Assembly (NCBI GenBank): GCA_964529285.1
Contig: CAZGWK010000008.1
Location: 9,993-73,992 of the forward strand
Direction of reading: 5' to 3'
Length of the DNA stretch: 64,000 nt
Source of the DNA: an uncultured Actinomycetota bacterium
GTDB taxonomy: Bacteria > Actinomycetota > Geothermincolia > Geothermincolales > RBG-13-55-18
This document shows, one piece after another, positions 9,436-18,106 of this stretch. A model generated the notes under the pieces. The model was not told where the DNA came from. It saw only the letters and a list, made by a program, of their open reading frames with translations, and made no database searches. How positions within the stretch are numbered: the stretch's first letter is position 1; every line of letters starts with the position of its first letter. The position numbers and the translations under genes are program-made.

Positions 9436-10248
9436 CTATTGCCGGTAAGCGGCAAACCTCTCGTTACACCACCAGCGCGGGTAGGTCTGGCTCCGCCGGG
9501 AACCATCGCTCGCCGAGACCACGTGGACCGTTATCTCTTCGCCCTCTATCTCGATAAGGTTGAAAGATGGCGGCGTGCGCCCGCGCGTGCGCCAGGTTGA
9601 AACGGTCCCCGAGGTGATGAGATACATGCGCGCCAGCGGCCATACGTATGGAACGTGCTTATGGCCGCTCAGCACTATGTCCACGCGGGTGTTTCGCAAT
9701 ACGTGCAACACGTCGCCGGCATCCCATACGATGTTCCTCTCCCTGCCGGTGCCGGGGATATGTACCAGGTGATGGTGGAGGACGAAGACCTTGAAGGTCG
9801 CTTCTTCCGCGAACTCGCTTTCTATGAAGCGAAAGTTGTGGCGGCCTACCTCCCCGTCGTTGACGTCCGGCTTGTTGGAATCTACGGCGATTACCTTCAC
9901 ATGTTCGCTCAAGCCCTTAGCGCAGGCGCCGCTGTGGGTGAAATGGACGGTGGAAGTACGTGGCCCGAAGATCTCCTCGAAATAGAGATAACCTACGTTG
10001 CGGCAATCGTGGTTGCCGGCTATGACCATCTTGTTCTCGCACGATATGAGATCGATGTAGCCCCGTGCCTCATCGAACTGCTCGCGGTAGCCCTCTAAGG
10101 TGAGGTCCCCGGCTATGACCGTCAGGTCCGGGTTTTCCTCGTTGATGATCTCGATACAGTTGGTCATCAATTTATGGTCGAAACGCAGGTCCCCGCAGTG
10201 GAGATCGGATAGTTGCGCCACCATGAAGCGGCCGTCTCTATCCGCCAT
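9436..10248 (-). CDS. metallophosphoesterase (calcineurin-like)
   Basis: DLHCGD ... AGDLT ... GNHD ... HHHL motifs. Strong SD GAAGGAGGGAGGAGG. Its ATG overlaps the 3' end of the upstream gene by 11 nt. Confidence 0.8.
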   Translation of the reverse strand: MADRDGRFMVAQLSDLHCGDLRFDHKLMTNCIEIINEENPDLTVIAGDLTLEGYREQFDEARGYIDLISCENKMVIAGNHDCRNVGYLYFEEIFGPRTSTVHFTHSGACAKGLSEHVKVIAVDSNKPDVNDGEVGRHNFRFIESEFAEEATFKVFVLHHHLVHIPGTGRERNIVWDAGDVLHVLRNTRVDIVLSGHKHVPYVWPLARMYLITSGTVSTWRTRGRTPPSFNLIEIEGEEITVHVVSASDGSRRSQTYPRWWCNERFAAYRQ

Positions 10249-12550
10249 CCTCCTCCCTCCTTCGCTTTTTCTTGCGGCGGGACAGCAGCGAGCGTCTTAC
10301 GGGCTCGCCTTCACCGCATGTCGAAGGCTCATCCCCGCCGGAGGACGGCGGCTTTTCGCTGTCTGCCGCCCCGGATGCTCTGGTTCCTGCCGGCGCCTCG
10401 GGCCCCTTGGTCCCACCGTAGGGACGTTCGCCGCAAAGCTCTCGGGCTGCTATTATCCCGCTCAGAGCCGCACCTTCCACCCCACCGCCGAACCTGCTCC
10501 ACGCGCCGACCAGATAGAGGTTGGGCAGGGGGAGCCTTGGCCCGGGCCGGCGGTAGTACCACTGATCGAGCATGGGCGCGAACCCGTAAGCGGCGCCCTG
10601 GCCGTTTGAGGTCAAGCGTGCGAAATGGGAGGGAAGGGTGACGAATTCCTTGACCGCGTTCTTTACCGCCGGCAGTATGGATGCCACCTCTTCTTTTACC
10701 AGCGAGGTGAGTTCGGCTCCCATCTCCTCGCTTTGCGCCGTTTCCTCGAAAACGTGATAGCAATGGTTCGGGACGTTTATCCTGGCGAGCAGAACGCAGC
10801 CCGGCTTGTCTGTTTCGGTGCATGCCTCCTTGGTGAGCATGATGGAATCCACCTCCAGGTAGGTGTCTCCCGTGCGCACCTTGCGCGCCTTGGGCGGGAA
10901 GAGGAACACCCTCTCGGGGATGCGCAGGTCCTCCTGGAATATCAGGTGCAGGACGAAAGCGGAACCGGACGGCTTGAGCTTCTCCATCTCCTTGAGGAAC
11001 TCGAGGCCCAGAAAAGAGGGTTGGATAAGGCCGCTCAAAGCACTGCGCGGATCGACGTCCAGTACCACCACGTTTGAACGTACCTGCGAGCCGTCGGCGA
11101 GGCGTACTCCGATCGGACGCCCTCTCGTTCCCTCGCCCTGGACGAGGACCTCCTCCGCCCCACACGAAGTGATCACGTCTCCTCCGGCATCCCGCACGAC
11201 GGCCGCAAGTTTCTGGCTGAGGTGTGATAGATGGTTTTGCGGATAATAAATGCCGTCCAGGAAGAGTGCCGCCAGCAGGCGGGCGCCCTCGTACGCCGGG
11301 AAGCGGCGCGGGTCCCCGCCCAGGAGGGACGAGGTCCTGAGAAGCAGCGAGGCGAGTTTATCGTCTGTCACGTATTCCTCGAGCATGGCCTGGAAGCTCA
11401 GGTTCTGCCAGAGTGCGGAAAAGGGATGGCGCACGAATTGCTCGTGGTATTCCTCGAGGCTTGAAGGTAGGGGAGAGGTGAGGTAATCGGGACGATCTTT
11501 GAACTCTCCCCGGAAACGTCTCAGGTCGCCGAAGAGGCGGCCCAGGCCAACCTGTGATGACGGGAACTTCGCCTCCAGCTTGTCCAGGTCCTTGTCCATC
11601 CCCAATCCCAGGCGCAAGGCCATTTTACCGTCCGCCATCCCCCAGTGCAGGCGGCGCAGGGGTATCTCCTGCTCCAGGCCCAATCGCCGGATGAGGGCAT
11701 TGACGGTGCCGCTTTCGCCTCCACCCAACAGCACCGTGGGACCGGAGTTCAAAGGGAACCCCTCCCAGTCGTAGGTCTGGCAGTACCCCCCGACAAGGCG
11801 CGCCTTCTCCGCCACCATGACTTTCATGCCCGTATGGGAGAGGAGCGAGGCGCACGCCAATCCGCCGATGCCCGAACCGACCACCACGGCGTCGTATTCG
11901 TTCTTGCGCAGGTTGCGCCCCGGCTCCAGGACGGGAGGGGACCATTTTATGGAAAGGGGGCCTTTCTCCACCAGGCCGGCTTCCATGCGGCGCGGCATGA
12001 GGATGACGATAAAAGGAGTCACCGCCATGCCGGCGGCGAACAGGGCGGCGGAGACGATGGTAGCGGTGTACGTGGAGGTGTCGCCGCGCAGCGCCAGCAT
12101 GCTCACGAGGTTCGTCGCCAGGCCCGCGAGGAAGACGGCGTCCCATAGCAGCGTCAGGACCCACAGGGTCTGCCGCAGGATCGGACTTTCGCGCATGCTC
12201 TCGGGATAATCGAGGTATATGTAATGAGCGGGGAAGAAGATGCCCTCCAGGGCTCCATAACCGGCCATGATGGTCAGGCAGGCGAAACCGCCCGCCAGCA
12301 GGTTAGGGATGCGCGTGGAGATCTCGTCCCCGAGTGCGAAGACTGCGGCGAAGGCCACCAGGAAGAAGAGAAGGGAGAAAGCCTGAAAGATGCCCCACCT
12401 CCTGCCGGAAGGCAGGAGTAAGAACATCGCCAGGACTACCGCCAGTCCGGCGGCCGCTCCCCACAGGGTGAGGTCCAGGTAGGCGAGAACGGGCAGGATG
12501 AGCCACGCCAGGCAGGCCACCAGGAAGCGCATCATCCCCTTCCTCCGCAC
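10238..12550 (-). CDS. membrane-anchored FAD-dependent oxidoreductase (CrtI / phytoene-desaturase family) with a basic C-terminal tail
   Basis: GTG start with AAGGAGGT upstream. There are ~6 N-terminal hydrophobic helices, then a YDAVVVGSGIGGLACASLL...AEKARLVGGYCQT dinucleotide-binding motif and a long amine-oxidase/CrtI-like body, ending ...RRKKKRRREEDGG. Confidence 0.75.
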   Translation of the reverse strand: MRRKGMMRFLVACLAWLILPVLAYLDLTLWGAAAGLAVVLAMFLLLPSGRRWGIFQAFSLLFFLVAFAAVFALGDEISTRIPNLLAGGFACLTIMAGYGALEGIFFPAHYIYLDYPESMRESPILRQTLWVLTLLWDAVFLAGLATNLVSMLALRGDTSTYTATIVSAALFAAGMAVTPFIVILMPRRMEAGLVEKGPLSIKWSPPVLEPGRNLRKNEYDAVVVGSGIGGLACASLLSHTGMKVMVAEKARLVGGYCQTYDWEGFPLNSGPTVLLGGGESGTVNALIRRLGLEQEIPLRRLHWGMADGKMALRLGLGMDKDLDKLEAKFPSSQVGLGRLFGDLRRFRGEFKDRPDYLTSPLPSSLEEYHEQFVRHPFSALWQNLSFQAMLEEYVTDDKLASLLLRTSSLLGGDPRRFPAYEGARLLAALFLDGIYYPQNHLSHLSQKLAAVVRDAGGDVITSCGAEEVLVQGEGTRGRPIGVRLADGSQVRSNVVVLDVDPRSALSGLIQPSFLGLEFLKEMEKLKPSGSAFVLHLIFQEDLRIPERVFLFPPKARKVRTGDTYLEVDSIMLTKEACTETDKPGCVLLARINVPNHCYHVFEETAQSEEMGAELTSLVKEEVASILPAVKNAVKEFVTLPSHFARLTSNGQGAAYGFAPMLDQWYYRRPGPRLPLPNLYLVGAWSRFGGGVEGAALSGIIAARELCGERPYGGTKGPEAPAGTRASGAADSEKPPSSGGDEPSTCGEGEPVRRSLLSRRKKKRRREEDGG

Positions 12551-12754
12551 AGTTCCTACCTCCTTGGTCTTGTGCTACGTATCCCGTCGATCGAAAAACC
12601 GCGCATCGAACCCCTCACCGGGGCCTGGCCATAACGGTATTATCCCCGCACCGCTCGCGTTTCAGGAGGAGCTACAAATAAATATACCTCACAAGGCAAG
12701 CCCATCCCTTTATTGGACATTGTTAAACATGCGGACCGCAGCGTGGCCGGCCCT

Positions 12755-13171
12755 TCAGTCACCTTTTCCGTACCCGCTCAGTGACCTAGTGATATTGCGG
12801 GGGATATCGCGCAGCAACATGGTCGCTATCAGGAGAGAGACCAGGAAAACGCAGATGCCCGAGAGCGCGAGGCTCAACTCCGGAAGTGCGGAAGCGGCTA
12901 TGAGCACGAGGCAAACGGCCAGGATTGCGAGGAGCAGTGAGAACAAAACGTAGATCGCCGTGTTCAATCGTGCCTCCAGCTCCGAGGCCGCCCGCCGCAG
13001 CGCTTCCTCGCCGGCTTCCTCGCCTTCCTCCTCTTTGAGGGTGCGGGAAAGCGCGGAAAGAAGCCGCTGCGATCCCATGGCCAGGGCGCGGTGGCGGAAA
13101 TGCATCGCGTAGAGCGCGACGAGCACTCCAAGAGAGGAGAAGAAGATCAGCGTGACAAGTGATACCCGCAA
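12755..13171 (-). CDS. small membrane protein with an acidic (EEEGEEAGEE) loop
   Basis: Three predicted TM helices. TTG start with AAGAGG 8 nt upstream. No homologue recognised. Confidence 0.4.
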   Translation of the reverse strand: MRVSLVTLIFFSSLGVLVALYAMHFRHRALAMGSQRLLSALSRTLKEEEGEEAGEEALRRAASELEARLNTAIYVLFSLLLAILAVCLVLIAASALPELSLALSGICVFLVSLLIATMLLRDIPRNITRSLSGYGKGD

Positions 13172-13292
13172 TGTATCGACCTCTTTGCTTTCCCCGCGGC
13201 GACGAAATCATTATAATCCAGCCAGCGGGCTTGTGCAGGCGGAGCCCCCATGTAACCGCTACGCAGAGAGTGGAGGTGGAGAGGAGGAAACG

Positions 13293-13493
13293 ATGCCCGA
13301 CGGCTTTCTTTCCAAGAACCAGGCCGAGGTCGCACTGGACCTGGTCGGCAGGTACCTGGAGTTCACCAGCGAGGAGGAACGCGCGGGGTACCGCGACGCG
13401 GATGCGTACCTCGGGCTGTTCGAGCGCGCCTATCGCCTCATCCTGGAGACGGCCGAGAAGGGAGAGAAACCCCCGACCGGCTTCAAGGCCTGA
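13293..13493 (+). CDS. small hypothetical protein (66 aa)
   Basis: ATG preceded by GGAGGTGGAGAGGAGG. Helical and charged. Confidence 0.35.
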   Translation: MPDGFLSKNQAEVALDLVGRYLEFTSEEERAGYRDADAYLGLFERAYRLILETAEKGEKPPTGFKA

Positions 13494-13506
13494 CCCATTA
13501 CCTGCA

Positions 13507-13875
13507 TCAGGTCTCTGCGACCTGGACGACCTTCTTCCCCAGTTTACTGGTCCCCAGCTCGCTGCCTGCCTGCTCTATCTGTTGCGAGATGATCTTCTTG
13601 GCGACCGCGAGGATCGTGAAGCGGACGAGCTGCTGCAGGATGGAGCGGTCCTTCTTGCTCTTCTTCTCCTTTTTACCCTTCTGCGAGTCCTTTTTCTTGG
13701 CCTTTTCCTCTTTCATGCGCCGCTCGACCTGGCGAGCCTTCGCCTCGGCGCGTTCCTTGAGAAGCTTCTTCTGCTTGCGGCGCTTCCTCAAACGGCGCAG
13801 GACGAGAAGGGCAACCAGGATGCCGGCTATCATGCCTATGCGCTGTGCCTGCTTCTCTCCGCCGACCTCGTTCAT
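13507..13875 (-). CDS. Lys-rich single-TM protein
   Basis: ATG at 13875 with GGAGGAGGTG 8 nt upstream. One hydrophobic helix, then a KRRKQKKLLKERAEAKAR...KKEKKSKK low-complexity region. Confidence 0.45.
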   Translation of the reverse strand: MNEVGGEKQAQRIGMIAGILVALLVLRRLRKRRKQKKLLKERAEAKARQVERRMKEEKAKKKDSQKGKKEKKSKKDRSILQQLVRFTILAVAKKIISQQIEQAGSELGTSKLGKKVVQVAET

Positions 13876-14033
13876 TTTCAAGCCACCTCCTCCGTGCCAG
13901 TAAAAAAATGTGCATCGCGAATATTATACCCCCTTGTATCAAACGCCGTCCCCCGATAATGGAAGGTTGACTGCTTAAATCCCGCTGCTTATCTTGGAGT
14001 AGCGTTTTCAATACCGCGATATGGAGGAGAGAG

Positions 14034-14963
14034 TTGCCTTCCAGTGAACGCAGCATGGTGCGCGGCATCGCCCTAGATGCCTGGAACGACATACGCAAAC
14101 GGCCGCTCATGTGGCTGCTGCTGGCCGCTTCCTCCATACCCCTTGTCTTCCTCGTGGACTCTTTTCTCCCCAGCCTTATCGATATCCCGGCCTTTTCCCA
14201 GACCACGTACATGATCCTGTGGCTTTCGGGTTACGCTATATGCTTCGCCCTGTTCTTCCTTTTCTGGTGCATGGCCGTCTACTTCTACGACGACGCTGTA
14301 AGGGGCAAGGGCAGGCTCTCCTATCGCGGCGCATACGAGAGGATGAAGGGATGGGCCCTCCCCTCGCTCTGGGCAGGCCTGCTCACCGGCTTGATAAGGG
14401 TCTTCGCCCTGATGGTCGCGCAACAGCTGCTGGTCATCGCCCTGGGTTTTATCATCAGTGCCGAGACCAGCGAGGCCAGCCTGCGCATCCTCAACTACGT
14501 TTATTTCTATCTCAATTTCATCGTGGCCGACCTGGTCATCGTGTTCGTCGTGCTCGTTCCCCAGATGCTGACCCTGGAAGGGGGGAGAAAAGTCGAGGAG
14601 GTGTTCCGGACCAGCTATCGCCTGGTAAAGGAGAGGTACCGCAATGCGCTGATGCTCCTGATAATCCCGGAGCTTTTAATCGCCACTTTCTACCTGGGCG
14701 GAGCGATGCTGATGGGAAACCTCTCCCTGGGATATTCGATCGCTCCCGCCCTGGTGCTCTTCGTTTCCCTGCTGGAAGGGGGCAGGACAGCTTTCCTGGC
14801 GGCGGCCTTCAACCGCTTTTACTACCACGTCCTCGAGGAGGAGAAAAAGAAAAAGAAGGCGAAGCCTAAGAAGCAGGGCGCGGGCAAAGCGGCCGCAGGA
14901 AAGCCTTCCGGGAAACAGCAGGCGCGGAAAAGCCCCTCGGGCACGAAGGGAAAAAAGAAGTAG
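14034..14963 (+). CDS. polytopic membrane protein with a Lys-rich C-terminal tail
   Basis: TTG start 5 nt after GGAGGA. About 6 TM helices. The C-terminus is EEEKKKKKAKPKKQGAGKAAAGKPSGK...GKKK. Confidence 0.55.
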   Translation: MPSSERSMVRGIALDAWNDIRKRPLMWLLLAASSIPLVFLVDSFLPSLIDIPAFSQTTYMILWLSGYAICFALFFLFWCMAVYFYDDAVRGKGRLSYRGAYERMKGWALPSLWAGLLTGLIRVFALMVAQQLLVIALGFIISAETSEASLRILNYVYFYLNFIVADLVIVFVVLVPQMLTLEGGRKVEEVFRTSYRLVKERYRNALMLLIIPELLIATFYLGGAMLMGNLSLGYSIAPALVLFVSLLEGGRTAFLAAAFNRFYYHVLEEEKKKKKAKPKKQGAGKAAAGKPSGKQQARKSPSGTKGKKK

Positions 14964-15092
14964 GCTTGTTCGTCCTGCGATTGTGAAGGGTAAAATCCGC
15001 GGCAGCCTCCTCTATAAAACCCGGATACACATGGTTTCGGATATTTGATCCGGGACTGAATACGAGACCCCAACCGGCCCCTCTCGCAGCAG

Positions 15093-15197
15093 TCAGGTGT
15101 TGCATTCGCATCCCCTGGAGATGATGAGCAGGCCAGCGGCCACGGCGATCAGCAAGGCTACCAGGATGATGGATATCCATCTCTCGTTTTTTCTCAA
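15093..15197 (-). CDS. candidate 34-aa single-TM micro-protein (LRKNERWISIILVALLIAVAAGLLIISRGCECNT)
   Basis: Not in the ORF track because it is under 60 aa. TTG start 5 nt after GAAGGAGGTGAGGG. One hydrophobic helix with a Cys-x-Cys C-terminus. It lies downstream of the CoA-transferase terminator hairpin. Confidence 0.25.
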   Translation of the reverse strand: MRKNERWISIILVALLIAVAAGLLIISRGCECNT

Positions 15198-15294
15198 ACC
15201 CTCACCTCCTTCGCGCTCGATATGCTCACGAGGACCTTTTTCTGATTCAATCCTACAAGCGTGGCCGAGAAGCCAGCATGATATCGGACAGTAT

Positions 15295-15321
15295 AAGCGG
15301 GGCCCTCTGCGGGCCCCGCTT
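15295..15321 (-). terminator. perfect 11 bp stem hairpin (AAGCGGGGCCC-tctgc-GGGCCCCGCTT) downstream of the CoA-transferase gene
   Basis: Palindrome seen directly. The flanking sequence is only moderately U-rich, so it is a probable intrinsic terminator or RNA-stability hairpin. Confidence 0.5.
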
Positions 15322-15347
15322 CAGCGACAGTTTCGTTTGACTGCCCG

Positions 15348-16682
15348 TCAGCCGAGCTCTTCGTGTTCGGGCAATATGAAGTACTTGATGTCCTTGGCGT
15401 ACTGTACGAGCTCGCCGCGGAAGTCGGGATGGGCGATGGAGATGAGTGCCCGGGCGCGCTCGCGTAGGGTCTTGCCCTTGAGGTTCACCACTCCGAACTC
15501 GGTGGCCACGTACATGACGTCGGTGCGGGTAAGGGTCACCGTGGCCCCCGGCTTGAGCTGCGGCACGATCTTGGAGACCACCTTGCCGCTTTCCTTGTCG
15601 GTGGTGGTGGAATGGGTTGCGATGAAGGCCCTGCCTCCCCTGGCCATGTAGGCGCCGCGCGTGAAGTCCACCTGCCCGCCGGTGGCGCTGTACTGGTAGG
15701 GGCCGATGGCCTCCGAGCAGCACTGGCCGGTGAGGTCTATCTCCAGGGTGGCGTTGATGGCCACCATGTTGTCGTTCCTGGCCACGTTGTTGGAGTCATT
15801 GTTATAGGAGATGGGCGAGAAGAAGACCATGGGATTGCCGTCGAGCCAGCTGTACAGCTCGTTGGACCCGCCGGCGAAGAAGGCGTTGAACTGGTAAGGA
15901 TAGAAGGTCTTCTGCGTGTTGTCCAGCGCCCCCGCCTCGAAGAGCTTCATGATGGAGTCGGGGATCATCTCGGTGTAGCAGCCCAGGTGCTTTTTCTCCA
16001 GCAGGCACTCGCCGATGGCGTTGGGCACCGCGCCGATGCCCAACTGGATGGTGTCGCCGTCTGCGATGAATTTCACGATGTTCTCGGCGATGGCCCTGTC
16101 CGCCTCGGTGATTGGCTCGGGGGGCAGGTCCAGCAGGGGTGTATGATTTTCGGCGACCATGTCCACCTGCGAGATGTGATAGAAGTTGCGCCCGTGTACC
16201 GTGGGCTGGTTCTCGTTTACCTCGACCACCAGCCGGTCCAGTTTATGCACTACGTCCAAAAAGTTGCCCGATACGCCGGCGGACATGTAGCCGTGCCGGT
16301 CCATGGGCCCTACCTGGGTGAAGACCGTCCTGTAGTCCGCGAACTCGGAGGCGAGGCGCGGGAGGTCCGAGAAATGGAAGGGGATATGTTCGCATATCCC
16401 ATCGTGCAGCGCCTGCCGGTCCAGGGGGGTCGCGAAGAGGTTGTCGAACCTTATATGGTGGCGCATTTCCCTGGAAAGTATCTTGTAGGTGGGGGCCAGC
16501 ATGATCAGGCCGCCGAATACCACGTCGTTGATCTCTTCCGCGCGATCGAAGAGCGCATCGAGTATGCCCGTCGGCGCGCTGGACCCGCTCCCGCAGAACA
16601 GCTTTTCACCGTCCCGTACCGTTTTCGCCACCGCTTCCGTGGTGGTGAGTTTCTTTTTATACTCCTCTTCCCATTTGTTCAT
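15348..16682 (-). CDS. acetyl-CoA hydrolase/transferase family protein (4-hydroxybutyrate / acyl-CoA:acetate CoA-transferase-like)
   Basis: ATG at 16682 with GGAGGAGG upstream. The N-terminus MNKWEEEYKKKLTTTEAVAKTVRDGEKLFCGSGSSAPTGIL and overall similarity fit the Cat1/AbfT family. The + strand ORF 15612..16787 is an antisense shadow. Confidence 0.85.
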   Translation of the reverse strand: MNKWEEEYKKKLTTTEAVAKTVRDGEKLFCGSGSSAPTGILDALFDRAEEINDVVFGGLIMLAPTYKILSREMRHHIRFDNLFATPLDRQALHDGICEHIPFHFSDLPRLASEFADYRTVFTQVGPMDRHGYMSAGVSGNFLDVVHKLDRLVVEVNENQPTVHGRNFYHISQVDMVAENHTPLLDLPPEPITEADRAIAENIVKFIADGDTIQLGIGAVPNAIGECLLEKKHLGCYTEMIPDSIMKLFEAGALDNTQKTFYPYQFNAFFAGGSNELYSWLDGNPMVFFSPISYNNDSNNVARNDNMVAINATLEIDLTGQCCSEAIGPYQYSATGGQVDFTRGAYMARGGRAFIATHSTTTDKESGKVVSKIVPQLKPGATVTLTRTDVMYVATEFGVVNLKGKTLRERARALISIAHPDFRGELVQYAKDIKYFILPEHEELG

Positions 16683-16791
16683 CCGTGCTACCTCCTCTTC
16701 CTGATGCCGGCGTACAATGTGAGGATCTCGACGCATTTCGGGATGCGGTCTTGCCGGATCCGGGGAGGTGGGGATCATCCCAGCTGAGAAA

Positions 16792-16821
16792 AAACGGCGT
16801 AGCACTTTTGCCGCGCCGTTT
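16792..16821 (-). terminator. rho-independent terminator on the - strand (AAACGGCG...CGCCGTTT followed by TTTTCTC)
   Basis: 8 bp GC-rich stem followed by a T-run when read on the - strand. It sits ~355 nt downstream of the sigH-like stop, with repeat elements in between. Confidence 0.55.
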
Positions 16822-16932
16822 GCTGTTCTGCGATCCCTGCTCCTATGAAAGACCGTATCCTGTTATGAATGGCCAAACCGAACACATTCTATATTAACGT
16901 GCCACTTCAGACAAGACAGATAGCGCTCCACG

Positions 16933-17006
16933 CCTGGGGTCAGCCCTCCATTTTCAACATCGGGGGTCAGGTCAACACCGGGGGCCAGGCCTCCAGGTTC
17001 CACACA
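16933..17006. repeat. cluster of GGGGTCAG-core intergenic repeats (one full copy 16933-16959 plus degenerate tandem copies)
   Basis: CCTGGGGTCAGCCCTCCATTTTCAACA, followed by GGGGTCAGGTCAACACCG and GGGGCCAGGCCTCCAGGTTCCACACA. Another CCTGGGGTCAG lies at 17084-17094. Confidence 0.7.
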
Positions 17007-17175
17007 ATCGCCTGTGTATAAGGTCAGACGATATCTTTGCCTGATTATATGGAATGCTTTCAAGCAATCGGAGTCAGTGATTGCCTGGGGTCAGCTTCGC
17101 CGGAGTCTTTCTACCGCAACGGGATGTTGGTTCGGGGTCGCCTCGCAATACGGTTTTCCGGCAATGCCGGAAAAC

Positions 17176-17865
17176 CTAGTTGAGCAGGGGTTCTACGTGG
17201 TTTTTTATCTTGACTTTGATGCGGCACAGGGCGTTGTCGACGACCTTGGTGTCGCGCTTGATCTCGTCGGCGATCTCTTTGTAGCTCTTGCCTTCCAGAT
17301 AGGAGACGAGTACCTTCCACTCCAGCCCGCTGAGCTTCTCCTTGAGGATGCAGATGATACGCGAGACCTCGTCCTCGAAGATATAGAGCTCCAGCGGGTC
17401 CTCCACTTTGGTGCTCACTCCGCCTCCCGCGTAATACATGGACTCGCCGCTCTCGTCGAAGACGTTGGCCTCCAGGGAGCGGTAACAGCTCAAGGGGTTG
17501 TGCTTTTTCCGGGTGTGGGTCTTGACGGCGGTGATGATCTGGCGGGTTATGCAGAGTACGGCGAAGGAACGGAAGGAACAGATATCGTTGAACTTGTAAT
17601 CCCTGATGGCCTTGTAAAGACCGATCATGCCCTCCTGGATGGTGTCGTCGTGCTCGGCGCCGTCCAGGAAATAAGACTTGGCTTTAACGTGTACCAGGTA
17701 TTGATACTTATTGAGAAGAAAAGCTTCGGCTTGTGAGTCTCCCCGCCGGGTACAGGTTATCAGGTCTTCGTCACTCATCTCGGCGTAGGAGACTTCCAAG
17801 AAATAGACAGGCCTGGTCTTTTCCTTAACCGGCAAAGCATCCCCTCCTCGATATACAGCCCACAT
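17176..17865 (-). CDS. sigH: SigH-type (Spo0H-like) sigma-70 family sigma factor
   Basis: Close match to Bacillus SigH over regions 2-4 (KYQYLVHVKAKSYF, IQEGMIGLYKAIRDYKF, SFRSFAVLCITRQIITAVKTHTRKKHNPLSCYRSL, C-terminal HTH). A near-consensus sigma-70 promoter (TTGACA at 17912-17907, then TATTAT) lies just upstream in AT-rich DNA. An alternative ATG is at 17778. Confidence 0.8.
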   Translation of the reverse strand: MWAVYRGGDALPVKEKTRPVYFLEVSYAEMSDEDLITCTRRGDSQAEAFLLNKYQYLVHVKAKSYFLDGAEHDDTIQEGMIGLYKAIRDYKFNDICSFRSFAVLCITRQIITAVKTHTRKKHNPLSCYRSLEANVFDESGESMYYAGGGVSTKVEDPLELYIFEDEVSRIICILKEKLSGLEWKVLVSYLEGKSYKEIADEIKRDTKVVDNALCRIKVKIKNHVEPLLN

Positions 17866-18106
17866 TTTGTATATTTGCAGCTATAATAATCCATATATGT
17901 AGGCTATGTCAATATCTTGTATAGTAAAATATTTTCCATACACTACATAATGTGGACCTAGACACCGTAATTCGTTTGCCGTGTGCTTCCGGCACCGGGT
18001 GCGGCGTGGTTCGTCAACGGCTGCGGCGCTGGCTTATAATTCCGGGTGTGGATAAAGTCTCGTCTGCCCTAGAGGTGGGCGATCGTGAGGAGAGGTAGAA
18101 ACCGGT

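Noticed and set aside
12498-12953. 151 aa + strand ORF that spans the 12.55-12.75 kb spacer
   Set aside because: Ser/Arg/Pro-rich with no RBS. It overlaps the better-supported - strand membrane-protein gene 12755-13171.
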